A DNA stretch of 64,000 nt, taken from the NCBI GenBank assembly GCA_964491475.1, contig CAZBFO010000005.1, positions 841-64,840 on the forward strand. Reading direction: 5' to 3'. Below the pieces are notes generated by a model, which saw nothing but the letters and a program-made list of their open reading frames with translations, was not told the DNA's origin and did not search any database. The translations under genes and the position numbers were made by a program. This document shows positions 9,301 to 18,185 of the stretch, in pieces. Origin of the DNA: an uncultured Gammaproteobacteria bacterium. Its GTDB lineage: Bacteria; Patescibacteriota; Patescibacteriia; SG8-24. Each line of letters starts with the position of its first letter. The first letter of the stretch is position 1.

Positions 9301-12014
9301 TTCGCGACGGCCGTATCAAGGTAGCTCTGTTGCGGACCCGAATACACCAGCGTGCCGTCGGTGGGGCCGGTGGAGTAATCGCCGATCTTGCGCAACACCT
9401 TCACGCCCTGGAAGTCGATGGCGCTCGGATTGTTCCAGTTGAGCTGGATCTGCGAATCCCCCGGCGTCGCGGTCAGGTTGGTCACCGGTCCCGGCGGCGT
9501 GGTGTCGGCAGTTCCGGCCGGCGTGGCGTTGGCGATCGCGCCCGAGGAATAGTTGGGCACGTCGTCGTAGGCGAACACCGCGTAGTAATAGGTGACGCCG
9601 TTGGTGACGGTGAGGTCGATCTTCGAAGTGCCGCTGCCGGTGTACACCGGCGTGCCGTCGTTGGAATCGGTCGGATACGAAGTCGTCTTGCGGAGCATTT
9701 TCACGCCCACGAAGTCGGCATCGGTCGGATTTGTCCAGTTCAGGGTCACCTTCGAATCGCCCGGGGTTGCGGTCAGCCCGGAAACGTTCGCCGGCGGCGT
9801 AGTGTCCGCAAGCGTCGTGAAGGTGAAGTCGTTCGAGATGACCGTCTGGCTGCCGGTGTCCGTAGAAGAGACGCGGAAATGGTAGAGCTTTCCTTTGGTC
9901 AGGCCCGTCAGCACGATGGCATGACTGGTCGTCAAAGTGGCGCTGCTGGCAGTCGAGCCGTAGCTTGCCTGCAGGCCGTACTCCACGGTGGAGTCCGACA
10001 TGGTGCCCAGCGTGTCCCAAGTGATCGTCGCGCCCGTCTGCGTGATGGCCGTCGACTGGACGTTGGTGATGTCTGGCGGCGTGCCGTTGCAGATGTTGGC
10101 ATCGTGCAGGAAGTTGATGGTCTGCGGGTTGCCGGCACCGTCATGCGAATCGGACCACAGCAGCTGGTCCTTGCGGAGCACGCCGTGATAGTAGATTTCC
10201 GCGCGAACCACATGGTGCCACGACGAGCTTTCCGGCTGGGCGCTGAACAGCACTGCCGAGCAGTCGCGGTGATCGACATCAACGACCACGTCGTTGTAGT
10301 CGAAGTCGATGCCCTTGTCTTCGAAGCCGTAGCGGTCGATGCCCGGCGACAAGTGCGTCACCTGCACGTAATTGCCGCCGACCTTTCGCACGGTGCCGTC
10401 CGGATTGATGATGTACGGATAGAATTCGGTGGCGGTGCAGTCCACGTTGCAGGTGCCGGGGGCCGCCGCCAGCGTCTTGAAGGTCAGGTCCGCGGTGTTG
10501 GCGGAGTTGGAAGAGAGGTCCTTCGAGGTCAGCTTGTAATGATAGGTCGTGTCGGGGTTCAGGCCGGTCAGGTCGAAGCAGCGCGTCAGCGCATAGTTGG
10601 TGTCCGTCTTGGACTGGCCGTAGGCGTTGGTGATGCCGTAATCGATCAGCCCGTCGGCGGCCTCGTTCGTGTCCCAGCAGACGTGCGCCGACTCGCTGGT
10701 GATCGAGGTCACCTGAATGTTGCTGATGATCGGCGGAGTGGTGTCGGCCACGCAGGAAAGCTGCGTCACGAAGGTGGCGTCCGAGGTGAACGACTCGTTG
10801 GAAGCGGCATCGCCCGAACGCACGCGGTAATGGTACTGCGTGTTGGGCGTCAGGCCGGAAAGGATGACCGTGTGCGAAACCACCAGCGTGGCACTGCCGC
10901 TGGTCGAGGCGTACGGCGGACCGACGGGCAGGCCGTAGTCGACGTAGCTTGTCGAGTTTTCGTCGGTGGTCCAGGTGACGGTAGCCGAGCTGCACGCGGC
11001 GCTCACGTTCACGCTCGAGATGCTCGGCGGCGTGGTATCGGCCATCGAGAACGTCTGATCGCCGGAGCAGGCCTGGTTGTTCGAAGGATCCTTTGAGCAG
11101 ACCTGGTAATGATAGGTCGCGCCCTCGGTCAGCGAGCTAAGCGTCAAACAGTGGACCGCGATGTACGCGCCGTTCGATTGCTGGCTGCCGTAAGTATTCG
11201 TCAGTCCGTAATTGACCGTCGAGTCGGCGACCTCGTTGGTGTTCCAGCACACGTCGATGCTGTTGGTGGTCGCGTTCTGCGTGTGGATGTTGGTGATGAT
11301 CGGAGGGGTCACGTCCGCGCCGCCACCGCCGCCGCCGCCCGGCGGGGGTGCGCCGACCACCGTCGCCGTGATGGTCACGTCGCCGCTGTCGATGATGGAA
11401 ACGGCCATGCTGCAGATGTCGCCCGCCACCTGGCAGTCGCCCGCGCCGTCCAGCACGCCGATCGCGTAAGAACCCGCAGCCGACGGGTTCGTAAGCGTGC
11501 CGTTGGGTGCCGCACCGCCGACGGTGAACGTCACGAAAGCGCCCGCAGCGCTGCTCGTGAACGATCCGCCGCAGGGAATCACGCGGAAAACCAGACCTGC
11601 CGTATCCACCGCCACGCCTACGTTGTTGACACCGTCGGGGCAGACGACCGTAGAAACGGAAGGCCCCTGGTTGACGCCGGCGATGGTGCGGGCGGTACCG
11701 TCATTAAAGGAGAAGTCGGCTGCGGCCCACACGCCGCCCGTGGTGAACGCGCTGGTCTCCGGCAGGTCGATGGCGATCTTTTCGCCGGCCGCAAAGGTGT
11801 TGCCTCCGGACAGGTTAAAGGAGATGACGTGGTTGGCGGCAGCGCTGACGGCCTGGTTGGAGAGCTTATCCTGGCGGTTGGTGAGCTGCGCCGCGTAAAT
11901 GCGAACCACGACCGCGGTCGCCGCCACGATCAAAAACAAAGCCAAGCCCATCCACGCGTTCATGCGTCGAAGGCCCTTTGCGGCTTTGACTTTCTTTTCC
12001 CTACTCTCCTGCAT
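6336..12014 (-). CDS. Large membrane-anchored surface protein, 1892 aa: N-terminal pilin-like domain, FN3/Ig-like repeats, Cys-rich module, carboxypeptidase-regulatory-like domains, TM segments, Pro/Ala-rich tail
   Basis: N-terminal hydrophobic segment; repeated DTTPP...W.T.E...S.V.YG...Y..V.S.D..N FN3-type units; TDADGRF, TDKDGRY and TDVRGRY carboxypeptidase-regulatory-like motifs; hydrophobic helices near the C-terminus. Confidence 0.85.
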   Translation of the reverse strand: MQESREKKVKAAKGLRRMNAWMGLALFLIVAATAVVVRIYAAQLTNRQDKLSNQAVSAAANHVISFNLSGGNTFAAGEKIAIDLPETSAFTTGGVWAAADFSFNDGTARTIAGVNQGPSVSTVVCPDGVNNVGVAVDTAGLVFRVIPCGGSFTSSAAGAFVTFTVGGAAPNGTLTNPSAAGSYAIGVLDGAGDCQVAGDICSMAVSIIDSGDVTITATVVGAPPPGGGGGGGADVTPPIITNIHTQNATTNSIDVCWNTNEVADSTVNYGLTNTYGSQQSNGAYIAVHCLTLSSLTEGATYHYQVCSKDPSNNQACSGDQTFSMADTTPPSISSVNVSAACSSATVTWTTDENSTSYVDYGLPVGPPYASTSGSATLVVSHTVILSGLTPNTQYHYRVRSGDAASNESFTSDATFVTQLSCVADTTPPIISNIQVTSITSESAHVCWDTNEAADGLIDYGITNAYGQSKTDTNYALTRCFDLTGLNPDTTYHYKLTSKDLSSNSANTADLTFKTLAAAPGTCNVDCTATEFYPYIINPDGTVRKVGGNYVQVTHLSPGIDRYGFEDKGIDFDYNDVVVDVDHRDCSAVLFSAQPESSSWHHVVRAEIYYHGVLRKDQLLWSDSHDGAGNPQTINFLHDANICNGTPPDITNVQSTAITQTGATITWDTLGTMSDSTVEYGLQASYGSTASSATLTTSHAIVLTGLTKGKLYHFRVSSTDTGSQTVISNDFTFTTLADTTPPANVSGLTATPGDSKVTLNWTNPTDADFVGVKMLRKTTSYPTDSNDGTPVYTGSGTSKIDLTVTNGVTYYYAVFAYDDVPNYSSGAIANATPAGTADTTPPGPVTNLTATPGDSQIQLNWNNPSAIDFQGVKVLRKIGDYSTGPTDGTLVYSGPQQSYLDTAVANGTLYFYTLYAYDAVPNYSTPAQAQATPAGGDHVPPGPVTLLTATAGDAQVQLTWHNPSDADWAGTRVVRKTGSNPSGPNDGTVVFDGIGDNKMDNGVTNGTKYYYGAFAYDNVLNYASGAFDDATPLANLPPPVGPSCSDSDGGKNYDLQGTVSFNGGQTETDSCADEATLLERYCDEANQHQTETHACGGGFKCSAGKCVPSNAPPSTEICGNGICAGEENSLNCPADCPIVPQEPPVEVPKPTVSSDIKLTPDALRYFATSGKIQLRMQGGVLNYYSSSVFTVMIPDPSIKHEIDSAFINFNNAGYVMRQTASYEATVTTPSTSADYPMDVIVKYKDGGSDSVHFIVRTVPRPRVLDDNGNAPLAGARVTLMIDNGGGNFGLWDGGTSSQQNPQITDADGRFGYILPIGSYKLIVERDEYATKTTLPFPLATENVLRNDVKLIKLPPKDDVIANVSFAAKIAADAVADFAGNAYVKQNAQDIAAPAATVATVANVAAAGVATATVVPYLLYLWSLLAHPFMLIARRRRKQWGVVYNSLSKLPIDLAIVRLLDAKTGRVVRSAVTDKDGRYFFIVQAGTYKMIAVKTSYVFPSDVLRGMKEDAKFIDLYHGEIIEVTKETTITANVPLDPVSVEKTPRRILLEGIARRLQKSLGVITILAMAVATALSPTPTMFAMFGANVIMYLLFRRLSITRKPKNWGIVYDDKSKKPLSNVVARIFDTRFNKLLETQVTDVRGRYAFLVGQNTYYVTFEKPGYQKQQKGPVNLIDTKEKGMHVVAVDVHLPRTEGGATPAAGAVVKPPAVPSADPGTPSGPPTDGGERISTSLPAMPPQPAGLALRTPVKSIETPIAPPVAPAPAAPAAAVPSPVAPAAAQPEMPKAEPVAEGESYEAKMLARLKKMTTGSKPEASPPTTGDDGIKVMPKPGEIPKKDSNVQTSVDKAAPTPVIKHESAAELLKELKDEASGAQNGRLLPDADQAHPEEKKTE

Positions 12015-12126
12015 ATTTTTCCCTGAAAGACCCCGCGGCCGCCCCTCTTATAAAGAGGAGCGCTCGCGGAGCGTGGAGGAGGGCCGTTCCCGCCTCCACA
12101 CTCTAAACTCTAAACTTTCAACTCTT

Positions 12127-13131
12127 TTACTGCTTCTTAGTCTTCCTCTCGTAGCGGCGAATGACCGCCTTGTTGTACCCCTTCATGCCGACCGTGAAGA
12201 ACAGGATGACGATGAGCAGCGCGAGGCCGACCAGCGTCATCATTCTCCAAGGCCAAACGGTGAAGGTGCGCACTTCCGAGAGCGTCTGGTTGTTGGAGCC
12301 GTAGTTCACGAACAGCGTGGCCTCGTACCTGCCGAAGCCGAAGTTGTTCCACTCGTTGGCCAGCTGGGTAAAGAACCCTCCCTCCTTCGGCTTGCCCGCG
12401 CCCCATCCGAAGGTGAACTTGCGGATGCTGTGCGGCAGTACGGAGCCGAACTGGTCGTTCACCTTGATGGAGGCCACCTGGCGGCCGTACCAGTTCTTGA
12501 TGAAGACGTTACCGGCGGGGCGAAGGTTGGTGTTGCCGTCGTTTTCGAACCGCATGAACATGTCGATCGGCAGCGTGTTGTACCAGAGCTTCTTGTCCTT
12601 GAAGGTGAAGTCGAGGATGCGGCCGGTCTCGTTCAGGTCGCCGCTGACGTTGACGAAGATCAGCGAGCCGAGCTTGGTTTCCACGCCGACCTCACCACCC
12701 TTAGGATCCGCCTTGCCGCTGGCCATCAGCACCGCGCCGTAGTGAGCGCCAGGCTGGGCGTCCTTGGGAATGTTGATGGCAATCGGGATGTTGGCGCGTT
12801 CCTTGGGAGCGAGCGTGTAGGTCTTGCTGGGATCGGTGATCGTGATCCACCTGGCAAGGTCGGTGCCGTCGCGCTTTTCATTCGGCGGATAGAACACCGG
12901 AATGCCGTTTTCCTCACCCTCGATGCTAGTGAAGTTCATCACCTGCACGTGGAACGTGTTCGGAGAGGTGTCCTCGTTGTACACCTTGACCACGTCCAGC
13001 ACGGTGTCGCCGGGATTCAGACGGTAGTCGACGTACGGCGGCGAGATGGTCAGCGCTTGGGCCGAAAGTGCGGGCATGAGCGTTACCAATACCGTGGCTG
13101 CTGTGGCGACTTTTGCGAGAAACTTCTTCAT
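12127..13131 (-). CDS. DUF916/WxL-interacting-protein-like (PapD-like Ig fold) membrane-anchored putative chaperone
   Basis: Signal peptide ending ...SAQA; ISPP...PG...V.N, LA.WI......L.P.E...I...I.IP.DA.PG.HYG and F.N.GN..L.P.G...I.N motifs; C-terminal TM followed by a basic tail. Start set at ATG 13131. Confidence 0.7.
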   Translation of the reverse strand: MKKFLAKVATAATVLVTLMPALSAQALTISPPYVDYRLNPGDTVLDVVKVYNEDTSPNTFHVQVMNFTSIEGEENGIPVFYPPNEKRDGTDLARWITITDPSKTYTLAPKERANIPIAINIPKDAQPGAHYGAVLMASGKADPKGGEVGVETKLGSLIFVNVSGDLNETGRILDFTFKDKKLWYNTLPIDMFMRFENDGNTNLRPAGNVFIKNWYGRQVASIKVNDQFGSVLPHSIRKFTFGWGAGKPKEGGFFTQLANEWNNFGFGRYEATLFVNYGSNNQTLSEVRTFTVWPWRMMTLVGLALLIVILFFTVGMKGYNKAVIRRYERKTKKQ

Positions 13132-13185
13132 AACGTCGTTACAAGAATAAAATCTTCCTTTTCGACCGTGGCAGCTAATCTCCAC

Positions 13186-13228
13186 GGGAGAGTCCCCCTC
13201 CCCGGAGGGAGAGAGGGAGCTCGTCCCG
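13186..13228 (-). terminator. GC-rich stem-loop just after the putative major subunit gene (stabiliser or partial terminator)
   Basis: GGGACGAGCTCCCTCTCTCCCTCCGGGGAGGGGGACTCTCCC folds back, but no U-run follows. Confidence 0.4.
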
Positions 13229-13234
13229 CAAAGA

Positions 13235-14275
13235 CTAGAAGGTGCCCGTGGCCACGAAGGTCAGGACGTCCGTGTAGTCGTTGTGTGCAGCGGTCAACGA
13301 ATTGGCGTTGGCGTTGACGATGATCTCGCCGACACCCGTGCCGACCGGACCGCCGGCCGTGTTCAGGATGTTCGTCGGAGTCAAGGTCGAGAGCGCCTTA
13401 ACGTCGTTCGTGGTACCGCCCGGAGCGCAGGTGCCCGCGTTATACGGGGAAGCTGCCTGGAACGTACCAGTGGTCGCCGACGGCGGTGTGACCGTGTTCA
13501 CGCACAGGCCGTAGTTGGCGTTGGCGCTAGCCATCGCAGCTGCGGCGTTCGGGATCGTGTCCAACGGAGCCGAGGTCGACTTGAGCGCGGCATTCAACGA
13601 GAGAACTGTCACGACTGCGCCGCTTGAGGCGTTTGTCGAGAGGTTCGCCCAGATGCTGTCGATTGCCGCGTTGTCCGACGACTTCACCGTGCCCGGAGTG
13701 AGCACTCCGAACGGTACGTCATACACGGGACCCTCGGACGCGTTATTCAGGTTGGCGTTGAGGTCGAACGTGATTGACGGGTCGACCGTCGCGGTGACAG
13801 TCACCTGGTCGCTGTCATCAAGAGCGACAGCGAACGTGCCGGTGGTGGCAGCGGTACCGGTGATGGTGACCGTGCGGCTACCTGCAGTCGTGTCGTCGTT
13901 GGTGGCTGCCGCTTCGGTGATCGTAGCGACGTCGCCAGCCGCACAACCAGTGGTCGTGACTTTGAGGACGTTGCTAGCCGAGGTGTTGTCGGCAATCGTG
14001 CCGCCCGAAGGAGTGCAAGTACCCGTGGCAGTGGCAGGGAAAGTCCAGCCAGCGCCGACGTTCTGGTACGTGAAGTCCAAGTTGCCATTAACGAAGGACG
14101 CGGGAAGCGTCAGCGTGACGGTGTGGTCTGACGTCGCGCCGAGAGCCTGGCGGCTCAAGGTGTCCGACATCAGCGTTGCGTTATCGGCCATTGCCGGGGA
14201 AACGGCGGCGAACATGGCGAGCATGGTCGCGGCGGCCGTAACCTTGGCGCCGAATTTCATGAATTTGTTCTGCAT
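13235..14275 (-). CDS. Secreted two-domain Thr/Ala-rich protein, putative major fibre subunit (WxL/pilin-like C-terminus)
   Basis: Signal peptide (...SPAMA); ends DYTDVLTFVATGTF; preceded by the SD-like AAAGGA. Confidence 0.75.
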   Translation of the reverse strand: MQNKFMKFGAKVTAAATMLAMFAAVSPAMADNATLMSDTLSRQALGATSDHTVTLTLPASFVNGNLDFTYQNVGAGWTFPATATGTCTPSGGTIADNTSASNVLKVTTTGCAAGDVATITEAAATNDDTTAGSRTVTITGTAATTGTFAVALDDSDQVTVTATVDPSITFDLNANLNNASEGPVYDVPFGVLTPGTVKSSDNAAIDSIWANLSTNASSGAVVTVLSLNAALKSTSAPLDTIPNAAAAMASANANYGLCVNTVTPPSATTGTFQAASPYNAGTCAPGGTTNDVKALSTLTPTNILNTAGGPVGTGVGEIIVNANANSLTAAHNDYTDVLTFVATGTF

Positions 14276-14279
14276 GTTT

Positions 14280-15035
14280 TTAGTCCTTTATGCCAGTCTG
14301 CTGCACCGGGTTAGAAACGCTTGCCACAATTGGGTTGTGGGCGTAGCCACCTGGCGTGGCCAGATGACTAGCCAATCCTCCACTCTCGAGCTATGGAAGA
14401 CCGGAGTAGATGCCAAGCGTGATGCAGAGCTGGTTGTTAATGTGACTAGAACTCGTCCGTACCTTCCCGCGTAGAGAAAGTGCATTTAGTCATTCTCCCG
14501 GACAGAATCGAAGAGGTCCTACACCCTCCGAGATGCATTAGAGATGACGTATCGACCTTTAATTCCGGTCGGTCCATTGCTGAACCAACCATAAACCGCG
14601 GGGCATTCCCCCCGCGCCCCTCCACACGCCAGTCCGGTAATCCACACCAACTGTGGATAACCTGTGTCTGACCTGTGAAGAAGTGCGGAGGCATGCCTTT
14701 AAGAGCAACGCCGCGTCGCTGCTATACACGTCGCAAACCTATCGAGTTGTGAGAGCGCGGCCGACGAGTCCGATGACCATTGCGGTCGTCGTGAACTCGA
14801 CCAGAAGCCGGAACAACTTGATTTTTGTTTTTTTGCACATACGAGCCTTCTGCCGGTTAAGGCTAAGTTCTCCGTGCCTAAAAACTGCGACCTTTTCGCG
14901 CCCCTTTTGTGGAGGGGCGGGGCCGATCCCAGAGCCATGCTTCTCTTGGATCGACCTCGCACCTTCACTTGTCATTTGTCTACGCTTTTCTGGACAACCG
15001 CTTGTTGCTCGATGCCGCTCATTCGCGGCCCCGTC
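14280..15035 (-). ncRNA. Candidate long structured RNA or 5' leader (~760 nt) between the two pilin-like genes
   Basis: No convincing ORF. Many stems whose G-U pairs and GCAA loop favour the minus strand, e.g. GGTTCA-GCAA-TGGACC and GGTCGATCC...GGATCGGCC, plus CGCCCCT...AGGGGCG and CGCGGGG...CCCCGCG. Confidence 0.55.
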
Positions 15036-15036
15036 G

Positions 15037-15828
15037 CTAGTACGTCGCAGTCCCAATGAACGTCAACGTGTCTGTGTAGTCGCTCCCTGCAGCCGTACCG
15101 TTGCTGATCGCTGCTTTGACGAACACTTCTGCCTGTCCGCCAAGCAACTTGCCGGTGGAAGAAAGCACCGTATTCGCCGTCGTCGATACGAGACCAACGT
15201 TGTGGGCACTTGTCGTACAGGTGCTGGCGTAGGGCGAAATCGGATTAAACGTGGTCGGGCTGGCTCCGTCCTGGGTTGCATTGGCCACGCAAATGCCGAA
15301 GCCGGCCGCACCAGGTGTAAGCAGGGCTGTCGCCGAAGAAATCAAATCTGCCGTCGAGACCCGCTTCAGGCCATTGTTGTTATCGACAACGGTCACGATG
15401 GTCCCGCCCGCGCCGTTGCTTTCGGCATTGATGAACACGGAGTTGATGGTGCTGTTATCACTAGTGTTTACCGATCCTGTCGTCAGCGTAGCGAGAGCCA
15501 CTCCTGCGCCGGCCGTACCGGGCGCGGAAGTCCCCTCCTTCACGGACATCGTGATGTACGGCACGTTTGAACCGAAACACTGAAAACCGGAACAGGTCTT
15601 GAAGTTCGCGCTGCTCAAATTTTCACCGGTGGCCAAATCGCCGAGCGTATCGTTGGCTTTGTAGCTCGCCGAGCTGCTGTTGCCGCCACCTTGGCTCAAC
15701 ACATCTTGCTGCACCTTGTAGCTGGCTGAACTCATCGTTTCTGCGAACGCAAACTCACTCGTAGGAAGTACGAGTGCGATAACCACAAAAACCGCAGTTA
15801 GCGTTTGGCGAGTCTTAAGCCCAAGCAT
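15037..15828 (-). CDS. Secreted minor subunit-like protein sharing its C-terminal domain with 13235..14275
   Basis: Signal peptide; SSASYK repeat N-domain; C-domain aligns with the neighbour (FGICV/YGLCV, SPY..TC, DYTDTLTFIGTATY). Start at ATG 15828 because the upstream extension overlaps a promoter. Confidence 0.8.
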   Translation of the reverse strand: MLGLKTRQTLTAVFVVIALVLPTSEFAFAETMSSASYKVQQDVLSQGGGNSSSASYKANDTLGDLATGENLSSANFKTCSGFQCFGSNVPYITMSVKEGTSAPGTAGAGVALATLTTGSVNTSDNSTINSVFINAESNGAGGTIVTVVDNNNGLKRVSTADLISSATALLTPGAAGFGICVANATQDGASPTTFNPISPYASTCTTSAHNVGLVSTTANTVLSSTGKLLGGQAEVFVKAAISNGTAAGSDYTDTLTFIGTATY

Positions 15829-15861
15829 GGATGGCTCAAAGATAACTTGCCTTATGACGGT

Positions 15862-15890
15862 ATTGTAACATTTTTTTGTCCCTTTGTCCA
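15862..15890 (-). promoter_or_regulatory. Sigma70-like promoter of the surface operon
   Basis: Minus strand TGGACA-17 nt-TACAAT. Confidence 0.55.
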
Positions 15891-16422
15891 AGCTGAAACG
15901 TGGCTAATGTTAGCCTAAAAAAAGGCAATTTCGCCTCAATTTTTACTTATCAACAGAACCGAGGAGACGATTAAGCTCAATGACTATTTAAGTTGTTCAC
16001 ATAATTGGGTACATATTCACACTTTTATCCACATTTAAAATTTAACCTTTATTTATTGGGTTTTTTTATCCACACAGCTTGTGTACATGTGTGAATTTGT
16101 GGGAATAACTTTGGATTCTCTTTTAAAATTGGTGAAAAATGGCACCGATGGTGTCGGCAGATCTTCTGCTTTCGTTGCTTTTCATACACAGGTCTGGATT
16201 TCATTCACAATGCTATTAGAAATGGACTATGTTGCAGCAAGTCACACCGCGATCAAATCGGCGGATTTCTCTTAATAGGCGCAATGGTCTGCTTTGTTGT
16301 ACCCGACTTACATGAAGTACTATTTGTCGCTGTATAAGCCATTTATTTAGCGTCGCATAATTAATGACAGTAATTTTAATGTAATACGCACCATTTATAG
16401 AAACGCTGCCTCGTTTTCATTT

Positions 16423-16438
16423 TGTTTCACGTGAAACA
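16423..16438. promoter_or_regulatory. parS site
   Basis: TGTTTCACGTGAAACA, the canonical ParB-binding palindrome. Confidence 0.9.
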
Positions 16439-16543
16439 CATTTTGTGACTGGTAAAATGCACTACAATATAATCTCCAACTGACAAAAAATATGGTCCAT
16501 TTAAATATGCCCGTGCAATTAATCTTCAAAAAGTCGGCATGTC

Positions 16544-16559
16544 TGTTCCACGTGAAACA
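16544..16559. promoter_or_regulatory. parS site
   Basis: TGTTCCACGTGAAACA, matching the Bacillus-type parS consensus. Confidence 0.88.
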
Positions 16560-16737
16560 TCCATAATCCACATATTTGACCCACTTATCACCATAAGTAG
16601 CATAGTTATCCACAGGTAATGCACCAAAAATGGCTGCTCGAAGAATTCATCCACAGCAAAAGGATTAGACATAAACATATCCACTCCCCTTTTCATACCC
16701 TCTAAAATCTGTTACACTCCGATACACGTCCATATAT

Positions 16738-16812
16738 GCCCTTGTAGTTCAATGGATAGAACAGATCCGTCCTAAGGATAAAATGGGGGTTCGATTCCCT
16801 CCGGGGGCACCA
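16738..16812 (+). tRNA. tRNA-Arg(CCT)
   Basis: Cloverleaf GCCCTTG...CGGGGGC-A-CCA; anticodon loop GTCCTAA; TTCGATT T-loop. Confidence 0.92.
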
Positions 16813-16933
16813 CAGAAACCAACTCTTCGTCGGCGGTAGACAAAAAGTGCATAACTCGTGAACAAAATGTGCATACACTAATCTCGACAGCAGATATTTC
16901 GCATAGTAAGCTAAAGTCCGCTGTGGATACTGT

Positions 16934-17009
16934 GGGCCAGTAGCTCATCTGGTAGAGCGCTGCATTCGCATTGCAGAGGTGAGGAGTTCGAGTCTCCTCT
17001 GGTCCACCA
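16934..17009 (+). tRNA. tRNA-Ala(CGC)
   Basis: GGGCCAG...CTGGTCC-A-CCA; CTGCA-TTCGCAT-TGCAG anticodon arm; G3-U70 pair. Confidence 0.93.
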
Positions 17010-17165
17010 CAAAACACCCATCGTGATGATGGGTGTTTTGTCATTCCATATTTGCACGATCTCGCTAGAACCAAATAAACATTATTTGGCTATATTTAGC
17101 TAATAATATGTGTCGTACAATACAATTTCGGCGATTCAACCAAACTAGGCTATACTACTGCCGTT

Positions 17166-18116
17166 ATGCCAAACACTCTCATCCTCATCGGACTCGTACT
17201 CGCCGTCGCCGCACCCATCTATGCGCTGTTTCAAATGAAGAAGCAGCTGCAGCAGATGAGCGATGCCCAAAGCAACGACAAAGGCCTAGTGATGCTCAAC
17301 CAGAACCTCAACACCCTCAACACCAAGCTCGACAAGACCAGCGACACCATCAACGAGCGCCTCACGAACGCGGCTAAGGTCATCTCGGCTGTCCAAAAGG
17401 AGCTGGGGACCGTCCAGGAGCGCTTCAAGGGTTTCGAGGAGTTCAACGAGCTGCTGCATCCCAAGATGCGCGGCAACATCGGCGAACAGATCCTGGCCGA
17501 CATGCTCGCGCAGGTCTTTCCGGCAGAGCAGTACATCCTCCAGCATAAGTTCAGGGGCGGGGACACCGTGGACGCAGCCATCAAGACCCAGGCCGGCCTG
17601 GTACCTGTCGACTCCAAGTTCCCGTTGGAGAACTTTCGCCAGCTCACTAGGGCCACCACGGACGAAGAAAAGAAGCTGGCGACCCGGGAGTTCGTCAAAA
17701 TGGTCAAAAAGCACATCGACGACATCAGCAAGAAGTACATCCTGCCGGACGAGGGGACTATGAACTTCGCCCTAATGTACGTTCCGTCCGAAAACATCTA
17801 CTACCACATCATCACCGACGACGAGAGCGATCTGCTTCAGTATTCCAAGTCCAAGAACATCCTGATGGTTTCGCCGCACAGCTTCTTTAGCTTTCTGCGG
17901 GTCATCATCATGGGGCTGGAACGCAGCAAATTGCAGGAGCAGGCCCAGAAAATTTGGGATATTTTGAAGGGCGTGCAGCAAGAGTCGCTGCGATTCGGGG
18001 AAACGGTCGGGGTGCTTTCCAGGCACGTCAACAACGCCAAGAATGCAATGGATACGGTTCACGCCGGCTACGACAAACTGAACGGCAAGCTGGAACAGGT
18101 TAAACTGTTAGAGTAG
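17166..18116 (+). CDS. rmuC: DNA recombination protein RmuC
   Basis: N-terminal TM plus coiled coil; RGNIGE, VPVDSKFP, KKYI.P..GT..FALMYVPSE motifs. Confidence 0.92.
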   Translation: MPNTLILIGLVLAVAAPIYALFQMKKQLQQMSDAQSNDKGLVMLNQNLNTLNTKLDKTSDTINERLTNAAKVISAVQKELGTVQERFKGFEEFNELLHPKMRGNIGEQILADMLAQVFPAEQYILQHKFRGGDTVDAAIKTQAGLVPVDSKFPLENFRQLTRATTDEEKKLATREFVKMVKKHIDDISKKYILPDEGTMNFALMYVPSENIYYHIITDDESDLLQYSKSKNILMVSPHSFFSFLRVIIMGLERSKLQEQAQKIWDILKGVQQESLRFGETVGVLSRHVNNAKNAMDTVHAGYDKLNGKLEQVKLLE

Positions 18117-18185
18117 TCCATCCCTTGACCGAAACCGGCTTCATAGGCTATTCTCCTCACATTCCCTAAATACTGCATTTCCACT

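Larger units (their letters stand above)
15940..16690. other. AT-rich DnaA-box cluster with parS sites; candidate oriC
   Basis: Perfect TTATCCACA at 16025, 16066 and 16606, several one-mismatch boxes (15947, 16564, 16647), and an AT-rich stretch at ~16320-16400. Confidence 0.6.

Noticed and set aside
12100-12126. Short heptamer repeats (ACTCTAA-like)
   Set aside because: Only 3-4 degenerate units; too weak to assign a function.
14364-14493. Group I intron (GACUA/UAGUC P7-like pairing)
   Set aside because: The region is intergenic, and the conserved J8/7 and P4-P6 signatures are not recognisable.
16081-16613. Small ORFs in the AT-rich region
   Set aside because: Atypical composition and overlap with DnaA boxes and parS sites; better explained as non-coding.
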